A stretch of 61,703 nucleotides of DNA, counting the filler, from Nanobdellati archaeon (GTDB lineage: Archaea > Nanobdellota > Nanobdellia > Woesearchaeales > JAADFO01): NCBI GenBank assembly GCA_013152815.1. It is 5 parts of 5 records of this genome, joined end to end, with 100 filler letters (N's around TTAATTAATTAA, not from the genome) between each part and the next. Parts side by side here need not be neighbours in the genome. Positions count along the whole stretch, not along the records: positions 1 to 22,310 come from JAADFO010000041.1; 4 more parts are not named here. One strand, given 5' to 3'. A program made the position numbers and the translations under genes. How positions within the stretch are numbered: the first letter of the stretch is position 1; each line of letters opens with the position of its first letter. Under the pieces are notes generated by a model. It made no database searches. It worked only from the letters and a program-made list of their open reading frames with translations, and had not been told where the DNA came from. Below are positions 9,398 to 19,036 of the stretch, one piece after another.

Positions 9398-10469
9398 CCT
9401 TTTTTTTCACCCTCTTTTCCTTTTCCTGTGGAGCCGACGAAGGTCCCTTTCCTGTTTTGTTGTCCATTCGTCTGTCGAAGGCCCGGAAGAACCCGTCGAA
9501 GTCGATCCAGGTCTTTTTCCTATAAGATTTCTTCGCGAGCAGGACGACCCTGCTAGGAACATGCTCTGACACGAACTCATAGTCGGAGAGATGGGGCAGG
9601 ATGCGCTCTGCAAAATCCTTCACTTCCTGATGGTCCGGCATGTTCTTCTTCTCCAGACGTTCCATGGACGCTCCGATGAACATATACGCCTTCACCTCGA
9701 CGAAGTCTGGATTCCCCCGTCCTATCAGCTCCGCATACTTTTCAGGTTTCACATCGTTGATGCCTTTGATGATGGTCAGCCTGATGCAGGTCCTTCCTTC
9801 TTTTTCTGCCATCGCATCAAGCGAAGCCTGCATCCGTTCCCAGTAATCGGAGAACAACGGTCGGTCGACCTCCCTGAGGATGTCCTTGTCCGGGGCGTCG
9901 ATGGACAGATACAGCTGGGTTACGGGTTCGAGCTTCCTTATCTCGTCAGGATACTGCGCATTGGTGACCAGGAACGTGGAGATCCTTTCCCCATGGAACT
10001 TCCTGATGAGCTCATTGATCTTTGGGTAGGTGATGGGCTCACCGGTCAACGACAATGCCACATGGCGGACGGTCTGGGCCTCTTCAAGGATATTCTTCGG
10101 TGACTGGTCATTGCCCCTGAACCCGATGAGCAGTGAGTTGTGGGCCTTCCTGGACTCCTCAAGGATGAAGTCAGGATCGTCCATCTTCCAGTCCCATGTC
10201 TTCGAGACCGGCGCCTTGTAGTCGCGCCAGCAGAACGTGCAGCGGTTGGCGCAGGAGATCGAGGTCGTCATCTGCATGCACTGATGAGACCTGATGCCGT
10301 AGAACTTCAGCTTGTAGCAGCCTCCCCGTCCTCTCAGCACCGATCTGGTCCAGCCGCAGGTCTTGACCGCACTATGGCTTCCCACCAGCTTGTAGTGCTG
10401 CCTGATCATGTTCTCCTGCCCTGCTTTCGAGAGCTGGCCTGAGAGCTGTCCTTTCTTCATGGTTTTCAT
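9381..10469 (-). CDS. taw1: 4-demethylwyosine synthase Taw1/TYW1 (radical SAM)
   Basis: HSAVK.C.W, CYK..FYGI.SHQC.QMT, CANRCTFCWR, HVALSLTGEP, VEVKAYM. Confidence 0.95.
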   Translation of the reverse strand: MKTMKKGQLSGQLSKAGQENMIRQHYKLVGSHSAVKTCGWTRSVLRGRGGCYKLKFYGIRSHQCMQMTTSISCANRCTFCWRDYKAPVSKTWDWKMDDPDFILEESRKAHNSLLIGFRGNDQSPKNILEEAQTVRHVALSLTGEPITYPKINELIRKFHGERISTFLVTNAQYPDEIRKLEPVTQLYLSIDAPDKDILREVDRPLFSDYWERMQASLDAMAEKEGRTCIRLTIIKGINDVKPEKYAELIGRGNPDFVEVKAYMFIGASMERLEKKNMPDHQEVKDFAERILPHLSDYEFVSEHVPSRVVLLAKKSYRKKTWIDFDGFFRAFDRRMDNKTGKGPSSAPQEKEKRVKKKVNVSS

Positions 10470-10570
10470 GATCTCTGGGAAGCCACTGCCATTTTTATGG
10501 ATTGGGTTATGCCTCAAGCACATCACGTTGAAGGAGAAAACATAAAAACACCTGTGGTAGCTTTGTGTCC

Positions 10571-11377
10571 ATGGAAACCTTTACCCTGTCCAACGGCGTG
10601 AAGATACCGGCCATCGGCATCGGCACCTATCTCTCTTCCCCTGAAGCGGCCTATCAGGCAGTGCGCTGGGCTCTCGAGATCGGCTATCGCCATATCGACA
10701 CAGCAGCTTACTACCAGAATGAGGAAGCAGTGGGTCGGGCCATCCGGGACTCTTCTGTCTCCCGTGAGGAACTGTTCATCACGACCAAGCTCTGGCATAC
10801 AGACCATGGGCGTGCCAGGGAGGCTTTTCAGGAGAACCTCGGCCGTCTCGGTCTGGAGTATGCCGACCTCTACCTCATCCACTGGCCCCTGCCGGGGTTT
10901 GTGCAGGCCTGGGACGTCCTCAGAGAGCTTGAGGATGCGAAGCTGTGCAGGGCCGTCGGCGTGAGCAACTTCCTTCCAGAACACCTTGAGCAGTTGAGCT
11001 CTGTTCCTCTGGTCAACCAGTTCGAGTGCAGTCCTTTCCTGAACCAGCATGAGCTGAGAGCGTACTGCAGGAAGAAAGGCATCCAGACCGAATCCTACTC
11101 TCCGCTGACGCGCGGCGACAAGCTTCATGACGAGCGTATCGTCAGCATCGCCAAGGCCATCGACCGCACCCCTGCCCAGGTCATGCTCCGGTGGAACCTG
11201 CAGCACGGCAACGTCATCCTGCCGAAGTCCACCCATCGGGAACGGATAGAAGAGAACTTCCGGCTGGACTTCACCCTCTCTCCAGAGCACATGAAACTCC
11301 TGGACAGCATGGACGAGGGATTCCGCAAGGCGCCCGACCCCCATGACCTTGCGGCCCATTTCGGAGGACGACGATGA
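10571..11377 (+). CDS. Aldo/keto reductase (DkgA/YtbE-like)
   Basis: GYRHIDTA..Y.NE, LFITTKLW, DLYLIHWP, GVSNF, LPKS..RI.EN. Confidence 0.95.
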   Translation: METFTLSNGVKIPAIGIGTYLSSPEAAYQAVRWALEIGYRHIDTAAYYQNEEAVGRAIRDSSVSREELFITTKLWHTDHGRAREAFQENLGRLGLEYADLYLIHWPLPGFVQAWDVLRELEDAKLCRAVGVSNFLPEHLEQLSSVPLVNQFECSPFLNQHELRAYCRKKGIQTESYSPLTRGDKLHDERIVSIAKAIDRTPAQVMLRWNLQHGNVILPKSTHRERIEENFRLDFTLSPEHMKLLDSMDEGFRKAPDPHDLAAHFGGRR

Positions 11378-11895
11378 ACCTCGTCACCTTGAAAGACACC
11401 CATGACCGGCTCCAGAAGGCCGAGGTCTTCCTCGATTTCCAGAAAGAGCATCCCGACGCCTATCTCGCCCATGCCTTCATCATGGCAGACCAGGACGCGT
11501 GGAGCGAATGGCAGCTGGGCTATTATCTGAAGGGGAAAGACACCATCAGCACCTTCTTCATGGACGATGAGATAACCCAGAGCCCTGCATCAGAGATATT
11601 CAAGAAAGACAAGCGTCCTTTGGGCGGCCTGGAGCTGGACAAGGTCAATTTCACCCTGGACAAGGCATTGGAGAAGGCCCGTGCCCTGTTGAAGAAAGAT
11701 CATGCCGGAGAGATCATCACCAAAACGCTGGTCATCCTCCAGACTCTCGAGCAAGGTCAGGTGTTCAACATCACCTTCGTGAGCCAGGCGTTCAACACCA
11801 TCAACGTCAAGCTCGCGACCGATTCCCTCGACGTGAAACAGGTGAAGAAGCAATCCCTTCTCGACATGGGGAAATCCCTGTCAAAAGCATCGTAA
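11374..11895 (+). CDS. Hypothetical protein (173 aa)
   Basis: ATGA-coupled to the AKR gene with a GGAGG SD. Confidence 0.75.
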   Translation: MNLVTLKDTHDRLQKAEVFLDFQKEHPDAYLAHAFIMADQDAWSEWQLGYYLKGKDTISTFFMDDEITQSPASEIFKKDKRPLGGLELDKVNFTLDKALEKARALLKKDHAGEIITKTLVILQTLEQGQVFNITFVSQAFNTINVKLATDSLDVKQVKKQSLLDMGKSLSKAS

Positions 11896-12004
11896 CTCTT
11901 GAATGATGTCTCAATGAAAAATATAGGTTTGATTCTGGATTACTATAAATAGGAGTTGGGTCTCTGGTATCATTGGAAATTTTCTTTTTTTTGGTCAAGA
12001 AAAA

Positions 12005-12442
12005 ATGGACAACGTCAAAATAAACGTAGTGGTAGCTTCGGACGGGAAGATGCCCAGCTATGCGCATCCTGGCGATGCAGGGATGGACCTCTTTTCCGTC
12101 GAGGAAGCCATCCTCGCTCCGATGGAACGCAGGCTCGTCTCCACCGGCGTCAGGATGGAGATCCCTCCGGGCTATGAGGCTCAGATACGGCCGAAATCCG
12201 GCCTTGCCGTCAAGCATGGCATCAGCATCGTCAACACCCCCGGCACCATAGATGCGGGCTACCGGGGCGAGGTCAAGGTCATCATGATCAACCTGGGGAC
12301 AGAGCCTTATCCTATCAAGAAAGGTTCGAAGATAGCCCAGATGGTCATCAACAGGGTTGAGATGGCAGAGATGACGGCCGTCGACGTCCTGGAAGAGAGT
12401 TCCAGGAACGAAGGCGGCTTCGGGTCGACAGGAACAAAATGA
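12005..12442 (+). CDS. dut: dUTP diphosphatase (trimeric)
   Basis: AGMDL, RPKSGLA, GTIDAGYRGE, IAQMV, R.EGGFGSTG motifs. Confidence 0.96.
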   Translation: MDNVKINVVVASDGKMPSYAHPGDAGMDLFSVEEAILAPMERRLVSTGVRMEIPPGYEAQIRPKSGLAVKHGISIVNTPGTIDAGYRGEVKVIMINLGTEPYPIKKGSKIAQMVINRVEMAEMTAVDVLEESSRNEGGFGSTGTK

Positions 12443-12534
12443 AGAAGGTGATGAATCTGGAGAACGGCATAAGCTACCATGAATCCCAGCTCTGCAGGAA
12501 GCTGGACGATTTTCTTTCTGATGAAGAGGAATGA
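12439..12534 (+). CDS. Putative 31-aa small protein coupled to dut
   Basis: ATGA overlap with dut stop; MKKVMNLENGISYHESQLCRKLDDFLSDEEE; below ORF-track cutoff. Confidence 0.35.
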   Translation: MKKVMNLENGISYHESQLCRKLDDFLSDEEE

Positions 12535-12614
12535 GAGAACTGAAGAGGAATAATGGTCACATTTAAAAGGCCATTCCTTTTTCTCCTGCTCTAAACTCTT
12601 ACTTCATCCGCACC

Positions 12615-13364
12615 ATGCAAGCCTATTTTGACCTTCCAGATAGAGAATCGTCATCCCAGGTAAAAGACCGCATCCTGAGGGTCTCTTTCGCCGGCTGCAA
12701 CTTCCGCTGTCCCAGTTGTAACGCCCCCGGTCTCCTGGAATTCAAGGAAGACTTTCTTCATGACCTCAAGCTGATGAAGCAGCGCATCCGGGAGGAGGCG
12801 CCCTACATCGACGGCGTCATCTTCACCGGCGGCGAACCGACCCTCCAGCGCCAGGCGCTCATCGAGCTCAGCAATCTCTGCAGGAAACTTCGCCTCTCCA
12901 TCGGCCTGGACACCAACGGAAGCAAGCCGGGAGTCATCCGTACGCTCCTCGAGATGAAGCTCGTCGACCACATCCTTCTGGACATCAAGGCCCCCCGTGA
13001 TGAAGAACTCTTCCAGAAGACGACCCGTTCGAAGACCTTCTTCCTCATCACCCGGCAGATCATCGATGACCTCAGAGAGACTCTCGCCGTCCTGAAAGAG
13101 CATGACACGGTCGAGCTCGATGTCCATACCCTTATCGTGCCAGGCCTCATCTATCGTAAGGAAGACATCCTGGCCATAGCTTCCTTGGTCGACGGACTGG
13201 ACTGCCGCTGGTCACTGGTCGCCTTCTCCAACCAGAACGGACAGGTGCTCTCGAAGCAGTTCAGCAACATCCGGGCGCCCACCGAAAAGTTCCTCTTTCA
13301 GATCAGGGATTACGTACTCAAGAAACATCCTAACCTCCGCATCTCCATCGTGACCGGGGACTGA
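12615..13364 (+). CDS. Glycyl-radical activating radical SAM protein (NrdG-like)
   Basis: GCNFRCPSC.. motif, FTGGEPTLQ, LDTNGS.P, LDIKAP. Confidence 0.8.
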   Translation: MQAYFDLPDRESSSQVKDRILRVSFAGCNFRCPSCNAPGLLEFKEDFLHDLKLMKQRIREEAPYIDGVIFTGGEPTLQRQALIELSNLCRKLRLSIGLDTNGSKPGVIRTLLEMKLVDHILLDIKAPRDEELFQKTTRSKTFFLITRQIIDDLRETLAVLKEHDTVELDVHTLIVPGLIYRKEDILAIASLVDGLDCRWSLVAFSNQNGQVLSKQFSNIRAPTEKFLFQIRDYVLKKHPNLRISIVTGD

Positions 13365-13440
13365 ACGATCTGCTGGAGAGGACCTGCTTCAGCCCTTGCG
13401 TCTCAATACTCCCTCAGCGACGCCGGATCAGGCCATCGCT

Positions 13441-14127
13441 TCAGCGGGCTTCAGAGGACAGCGCTGTCTTCACCACATCCCAGACCTTCTCTGCGACGGC
13501 TTCCTTCGCAAGCATCCTGCCCTTGTCTGTGCAATCTATCTGCTGCCATCCTTCTGTCCTGCAGAGCTCGATATAGCTCTCGATGACCTTCTGCTGATAG
13601 GTGCGGTCCTGTTCATGGATGTCCCGGGCATGGTCCTTGATGTACGCCTTCCCTTCCCTTCCCTGGATGAGCTTCGCGGTCACCTCTTCCGGTACCAGGA
13701 GATAGATGACCAGGTCAGAACTGGGGATGCCCAGCTGTTCCCGTTCCAGCTGCTTGACCCACTCGATGAAGGCTGCTTTCTCAGCCGGGTCATCGATCTT
13801 CGCCGCCTGATAGCCCATGTTCGATTCAGTATAACGGTCGAGGACCACCAGGTTGCCCTGGTCCAGCCAGTCCTTGATGGTCTGTTTCTGGTCGGCCCGG
13901 TCCAGCGCATAGAGCAGGGAGGCAAGCTCTGGTCTCACCTCTGCAAGGGTTCCGAAGTCACCGTTGAGATACCGTGCGATGAGCTTCCCGAAGAAAGAGC
14001 TGTATCTGGGAAAATCCATGGTCTTGACCCTGTGCCCTTCGTCTTCGAGCCGTCGGACAAGCAGTTGTGTCTGGGTCTTCTTGCCTGAGGCGTCTGAGCC
14101 GTCGATGACGATGAGCTTCCCTCTCAT
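13441..14127 (-). CDS. tmk: Thymidylate kinase
   Basis: IVIDGSDASGK.TQ P-loop, FPRY, LYALDR, LDRY..SN..YQ, DIHE. Confidence 0.92.
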   Translation of the reverse strand: MRGKLIVIDGSDASGKKTQTQLLVRRLEDEGHRVKTMDFPRYSSFFGKLIARYLNGDFGTLAEVRPELASLLYALDRADQKQTIKDWLDQGNLVVLDRYTESNMGYQAAKIDDPAEKAAFIEWVKQLEREQLGIPSSDLVIYLLVPEEVTAKLIQGREGKAYIKDHARDIHEQDRTYQQKVIESYIELCRTEGWQQIDCTDKGRMLAKEAVAEKVWDVVKTALSSEAR

Positions 14128-14237
14128 GGGTGCCTTGTAGGCAGGGAGACTTTTAAATATTTGGTTTGCAGCCCTCTGGTCTGGTTTCATAAGGTTTTTA
14201 AATCATCATCACATTTCCTTAAAGATAGGTGATAGTC

Positions 14238-15545
14238 ATGAACTCTATCAGAATAAACTATGCTCCTTCCCTGATCACCAAAAGACAGCTCTCCATGAAC
14301 CTCTCGAGACTCACGCCGAGCATGCAGAGGATGAGGGCGGCCGCGTCCAGGAAATATGCGACTGATTATGCCTCCCTGAACCTGCCCGTCGATCGTGGTT
14401 CCTTGGGCAGGGTACAGAAACTTGTCAAAGAGAAGCGGAAACTCAACCCGACGCTCATCGTGGTGGCCGGCATCGGCGGTTCCAACCTGGGGACCATCGC
14501 AGTGCAGGAAGCTGTCCTGGGAGCATCCTACAACCTGAACGGCAGGCCAAGGATACTCTATGCAGACACCGTGGATACGCATTCCATCGGCTTCATCCGG
14601 AAGGAGATCGAGAAGGAGCTCAGGAAGGAGAAGCGGGTCATCCTCGTCGGGGTCTCCAAGTCAGGAGGAACGACAGAGACCATCGCCAACTTCTCCATCC
14701 TTGCCGAGACCATCAAACGCCACCGGAAAGATTATCGACGTCTCATCATCGTGACCACCGACAAAGGTTCTCGCTACTGGAGCTTCGCGCGGCAGGAGGG
14801 CTATGCGGTTCTTGAGATCCCTAAGAACGTCGGCGGCAGGTATTCTGTCTTCTCGCCCGTCGGCCTGTTTCCCCTCGGCATGCTCGGCATCGACCTCTCT
14901 TCGCTGCTGAAAGGTGCTGCACAGATGAGGAAGCTCTGCCTGGGAAGCCTCAGGAATCCTGCCGCAGTCGGAGCTGCGACCATCTATGCCAACTGGAAGA
15001 AAGGGAAGACGATCCATGACACGTTCCTCTTCGCGAAGGACCTGGAATCACTGGGGAAATGGTATCGGCAGCTCATGGGCGAGTCCATCGGCAAGGAGAA
15101 AGACCTCAAGGGAAAGAAGGTCTTCCGTGGCATCACCCCCACGGTCTCCATAGGATCCACCGACCTCCACTCCATGGCCCAGCTCTATCTCGGCGGACCC
15201 TACGACAAGTACCATTCCATCATCACGGTCGAAGAGACCGGACCCCTGCAACGGGTCCCCCGGGGAAAAGGCTATGGCGCCCTGGTCAACCATGTCGAGG
15301 GCAAGACGCTTGCTGCCATCATGGACGCCATCGTCAGCGGCGTCAAGGCCGCCTTCATCAAAGGACGGCGTCCCTTCAACGCCATCCATCTCCCCGACCG
15401 TTCTGCAGAGAGCATCGGACAGCTGCTCCAGCTCAAGATGATGGAGATGATGCATCTCGGCCATCTGCTCAACGTCAACCCCTTCGACCAGCCCAACGTC
15501 GAGGACTACAAGATCGAGACCAAACGCTTCCTGGAACATCCCTGA
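14238..15545 (+). CDS. pgi: Glucose-6-phosphate isomerase (PGI superfamily)
   Basis: GIGGSNLG, SKSGGTTET, VGGRYSVFS.VGL, QLMGESIGK, NPFDQPNVEDYK. Confidence 0.95.
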   Translation: MNSIRINYAPSLITKRQLSMNLSRLTPSMQRMRAAASRKYATDYASLNLPVDRGSLGRVQKLVKEKRKLNPTLIVVAGIGGSNLGTIAVQEAVLGASYNLNGRPRILYADTVDTHSIGFIRKEIEKELRKEKRVILVGVSKSGGTTETIANFSILAETIKRHRKDYRRLIIVTTDKGSRYWSFARQEGYAVLEIPKNVGGRYSVFSPVGLFPLGMLGIDLSSLLKGAAQMRKLCLGSLRNPAAVGAATIYANWKKGKTIHDTFLFAKDLESLGKWYRQLMGESIGKEKDLKGKKVFRGITPTVSIGSTDLHSMAQLYLGGPYDKYHSIITVEETGPLQRVPRGKGYGALVNHVEGKTLAAIMDAIVSGVKAAFIKGRRPFNAIHLPDRSAESIGQLLQLKMMEMMHLGHLLNVNPFDQPNVEDYKIETKRFLEHP

Positions 15546-15565
15546 CATCACCGAGGTACGTGACC

Positions 15566-17083
15566 ATGAAAAAGCAACAGCAAGAACAACTGATCCTCAA
15601 GCCCGAGGCCCAGATCCATATCATCTTCGGTGCCACCGGAGACCTGATGCAGAGGAAACTGATCTCTGCCTACTACCGCATGATGAAAGAGCATATGATG
15701 CCCAAGAACTTCGCACTCATCGGCTTCTCGCGGCGTCCTCTGACCGACAAGGAATACAAGAAGCTGCTCCACGACGCCCTCCAGCAGTACAGCAGGAACA
15801 TGAAGATCGACGAACGGGTCTGGCAGCGTCTCTCGTCGAGGATATACTACCATCCGGGAAACTTCAACGAAGCGGCAGGCTTCAGGACCCTGCGCCGTTT
15901 CCTCGCGAAGCTCGAGAAACGTCACCATACCAAGGGCAACAAGGTCTTCTACTTCGCCACGCTCTCAAAGAATTTCAACAAGATCATCAAGCAACTGTTG
16001 GCCAACAAGGTCATCACCCGGAAGGGGAACGAGAAGGACTATTTCGAGCGTCTTATCTTCGAGAAGCCCTTCGGCCATGACCTCCATTCTGCCAGGCTCA
16101 TCAACCAGAAGGTGGAAGCAGCTTTCGACGAGCATGACATCTTCCGGATCGACCACTATCTCGCCAAGGAGACGGTCCAGAACCTGATGGTGCTGCGCTT
16201 CGCCAACGCGCTCTTCGAACCGCTCTGGAACCACAAGTACATCGACAATGTCCAGATCATCGCCGACGAGGTCCTGGGCGTGGGTTCCCGGGGAGGCTAC
16301 TACGACAACGCAGGGGCTCTTGAGGACATGTTCCAGAACCACCTGATGCAGCTCCTCATGTTCACGGCCATGGAACCTCCTGCAGACCTCAAGCCGACAT
16401 CCATCGCCAACGAGAAGATAAAGGTACTCCAGTCCATCAAGGACATGTCGACCCAGCAGGCCCGTCTCAATTCGGTGAAGGCGCAATACACCAAAGGGTT
16501 CGCCAACGGCAAGATGCGCAAGGGCTATACCGAAGTGAACGGTGTCGATCCGGACAGCATCACCGAGACCTTCATCGCTGCCAGGCTCGAGATATCCAAC
16601 TGGCGATGGGCAGGCGTCCCCTTCTATCTCCGTTCAGGAAAACGTCTCGCCAAGAAGACCACCAAGATCATCGTCTATTTCAAGGAAGCTCCCCGGATAC
16701 TCTTCTATGAGAAACAGGTGGGGATCCATCCCAACGTCCTGGAGATACGGCTCCAGCCTGACGAAGGCATCTCTCTCCATTTCAACATCAAGAAGCCCGG
16801 GAAGGAGATGCATGTGGTGGATGCCAACATGGACTTCTGCCACGAGTGCCTCTTCTCTCCCAACACTGCCGAGGCCTATCAGGTCCTCATCCATGATGCC
16901 ATGGTCGGCGACAAGACCCTCTTCACCACCTGGCGGGAGATCGAAGGAAGCTGGAGGATAACCGACCAGATATCCCATGCCTGGAGGAAGGTGAAGCGGC
17001 TTCCGAAGTACCGGGCAGGGACACATGGGCCGAAACTTGCTGAAGAGCTCATGGAACGTGATGGTCGTCACTGGTATATCTGA
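15566..17083 (+). CDS. zwf: Glucose-6-phosphate 1-dehydrogenase (bacterial type)
   Basis: IFGATGDL, EKPFG.D, RIDHYLAKE, QNHL.Q, RWAGVPFYLRSGK; real start ATG 15566, not the ORF-track start. Confidence 0.96.
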   Translation: MKKQQQEQLILKPEAQIHIIFGATGDLMQRKLISAYYRMMKEHMMPKNFALIGFSRRPLTDKEYKKLLHDALQQYSRNMKIDERVWQRLSSRIYYHPGNFNEAAGFRTLRRFLAKLEKRHHTKGNKVFYFATLSKNFNKIIKQLLANKVITRKGNEKDYFERLIFEKPFGHDLHSARLINQKVEAAFDEHDIFRIDHYLAKETVQNLMVLRFANALFEPLWNHKYIDNVQIIADEVLGVGSRGGYYDNAGALEDMFQNHLMQLLMFTAMEPPADLKPTSIANEKIKVLQSIKDMSTQQARLNSVKAQYTKGFANGKMRKGYTEVNGVDPDSITETFIAARLEISNWRWAGVPFYLRSGKRLAKKTTKIIVYFKEAPRILFYEKQVGIHPNVLEIRLQPDEGISLHFNIKKPGKEMHVVDANMDFCHECLFSPNTAEAYQVLIHDAMVGDKTLFTTWREIEGSWRITDQISHAWRKVKRLPKYRAGTHGPKLAEELMERDGRHWYI

Positions 17084-17093
17084 GGTGGAAAGA

Positions 17094-17990
17094 ATGAGAA
17101 TCGGATTCATCGGTCTGGGAAAGATGGGACACAACATGGTATTGAACCTCATCGACAGGAAGCATGAGGTCGTCGCCTACAACCGTTCGCCGGACAAGAC
17201 CCGGGACATAGCGAAGAAAGGTGCGATCGCGGCCTTCTCCTATGAAGAATTGATGGAGAAGCTGCCTTCCCCTCGTGTGGTGTGGCTCATGGTCTCTCAC
17301 ACTGCGGTCGACAAGGTCATCGCCGACCTCCTGGGACACATGGAAAAGGGAGATCTCATCATCGACGGCGGCAACTCGTTCTACAAGGATACCCAGCGCC
17401 GGTCAAAGCTGCTTGCCGAGGCAGGCATCTCCTATATGGACTGCGGGACCTCTGGCGGACTTGAAGGGGCGAGGAACGGCGCCTGTCTCATGGTCGGCGG
17501 CAAGAAAAGCCTGTTCAAGAAATATGAGAAACTCTTCAGGGACCTGGCCATGAAGGACGGCTACTTCCACTGTGGTGACGTCGGAGCAGGCCATTACGTC
17601 AAGATGATCCATAATGGCGTGGAGTATGCGGTGATGCACGCCTACGGTGAAGGATTTGAGCTGCTCAAGGACGGCGAATACGAGAACCTGGACCTGCATG
17701 GCATCGCCAGGGTCTGGAACCACGGTTCCATCGTCCAGTCGTTCCTGCTGGAGAAGCTGGAGGATGCGCTGAAGAAAGATCCGAAGCTCGACAGGCTCAG
17801 GGACTATGTGGACGATTCCGGCGAGGGCCGATGGACCGTGCAGACAGCCATCGAGCAGGGAGTCCCTCTGGAACTCGCCTCTCTTGCGCTGTTTGCCAGG
17901 TTCCGCAGCAGGCAGGGCGAGTCATTCTCCATGAAGACGCTCGCGGCCATGCGGAACGAGTTCGGCGGTCACGCAGTGAAGAAAAAGTGA
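17094..17990 (+). CDS. gnd: 6-phosphogluconate dehydrogenase, decarboxylating (short form)
   Basis: IGLGKMG, IIDGGNS, DCGTSGG, GAGHYVKMIHNGVEY, DSGEGRW, RNEFGGH. Confidence 0.95.
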   Translation: MRIGFIGLGKMGHNMVLNLIDRKHEVVAYNRSPDKTRDIAKKGAIAAFSYEELMEKLPSPRVVWLMVSHTAVDKVIADLLGHMEKGDLIIDGGNSFYKDTQRRSKLLAEAGISYMDCGTSGGLEGARNGACLMVGGKKSLFKKYEKLFRDLAMKDGYFHCGDVGAGHYVKMIHNGVEYAVMHAYGEGFELLKDGEYENLDLHGIARVWNHGSIVQSFLLEKLEDALKKDPKLDRLRDYVDDSGEGRWTVQTAIEQGVPLELASLALFARFRSRQGESFSMKTLAAMRNEFGGHAVKKK

Positions 17991-17993
17991 ACG

Positions 17994-18398
17994 TCATCGT
18001 CGTCTCAGACCCAATGACCTGTCGACATCCTCCGCTATGCTGTCCATGCCTTCAAAGAACCTTTTGACGTCTTTCCTGATCTCGCCTATGGCAGCAGAGA
18101 GGCTGCCGCCCCTGATATGTATCCTGTTCTTATGCCTGTACAGCAGGCCCATATCGACGAGATTCCGCAGATGATGGTTGACCTGTGCCCGGTTGATGTT
18201 AAGAGCCCTTGCTATGCTTTCTGACGAGCTGTCTTTCTGCCTCGATGACTGTTCCAGCACCTTTTCGATGACCCTGTTGGCGATGGATGAGGTGTCTCTT
18301 CCGCTCGATAGACAGAGACTTTCACATATCCAGGCAAGATCCTTCGTCCTGTTCTTTTTCAGGGGTCTGGGGACCTCCTTGAGGTTGAGATGTTGCAT
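17994..18398 (-). CDS. Winged-HTH (ArsR-like) transcriptional regulator, divergent from hsp20
   Basis: SSESIARALNINRAQVNHHLRNLVDMGLL HTH. Confidence 0.8.
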   Translation of the reverse strand: MQHLNLKEVPRPLKKNRTKDLAWICESLCLSSGRDTSSIANRVIEKVLEQSSRQKDSSSESIARALNINRAQVNHHLRNLVDMGLLYRHKNRIHIRGGSLSAAIGEIRKDVKRFFEGMDSIAEDVDRSLGLRRR

Positions 18399-18429
18399 CC
18401 TCTTTCCTGGTGCGTCATCATATAAATAT

Positions 18430-18470
18430 TTATCGATTAATCCACCATATAATCGATAAGATATCGATAT
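18430..18470. promoter_or_regulatory. Palindromic operator candidate between divergent TATA boxes
   Basis: Perfect IR TTATCGATTA-N10-TAATCGATAA (18430-18459) plus ATATCGATAT (18461-18470); TATA-like boxes at 18421-18426 (-) and 18482-18489 (+). Confidence 0.65.
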
Positions 18471-18537
18471 GTTTCATAAGATTTAAATATAAGTTTTGTC
18501 TACTCCCTGGTTGACCGGAAGGTCGGAGGTGAGCACC

Positions 18538-19020
18538 ATGTTCCCTAACACGCTGTGGGATGAGATACGACGTATGCAAGAAGACATGGATGGCCTCTTC
18601 AGAAGTTTTTTCTCCTCTCCTGCCGAGGGTCGTCCGCTTCTTGAGGACTGGAGCGCCATGCGGCTGGATAACAAGAGCCGTGCTCTGCGAAGAGCCTATG
18701 CAGACATCTGGGAGACTGATGATGAAGTGAAGGCAGAGATCGAGCTGCCCGGCATGGACAAGAAGAACATCAGAGTGAACGTCTCTTCTGACGGCATCGA
18801 AGTCAAGGCAGAGACGAAGGAAGAACGCAAGGACGAGGACAAGAAGAAAGGGCTCTATCGTCTGGAGCGGAGCTATTCCGGATTCTATCGTAGGTTCCCT
18901 CTTCCGGAAGGGGCTGATCCTGAACATGCGCGGGCCGAGTACAAGGACGGCGTCCTCAGGATAGCTGTCCCGAAGAAAGCCATCCCTCACAAGAAGAGGA
19001 AGCTGCTCGAGATCAAATGA
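18538..19020 (+). CDS. Small heat shock protein Hsp20
   Basis: ELPG..K..I.V, ERSYSGFYR..PLP, A.YKDGVL.I..PK; GGAGGTGA SD. Confidence 0.95.
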   Translation: MFPNTLWDEIRRMQEDMDGLFRSFFSSPAEGRPLLEDWSAMRLDNKSRALRRAYADIWETDDEVKAEIELPGMDKKNIRVNVSSDGIEVKAETKEERKDEDKKKGLYRLERSYSGFYRRFPLPEGADPEHARAEYKDGVLRIAVPKKAIPHKKRKLLEIK

Positions 19021-19036
19021 GGAGGTGAATGCCGTG

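Noticed and set aside
11914..11955. NrdR boxes upstream of dut
   Set aside because: Only partial matches 26 bp apart that coincide with a likely TATA box; too weak to call
15059..15565. 169-aa N-terminal extension of Zwf (apparent fusion)
   Set aside because: Overlaps pgi in another frame; low-complexity shadow translation; ATG 15566 has a GAGGT SD
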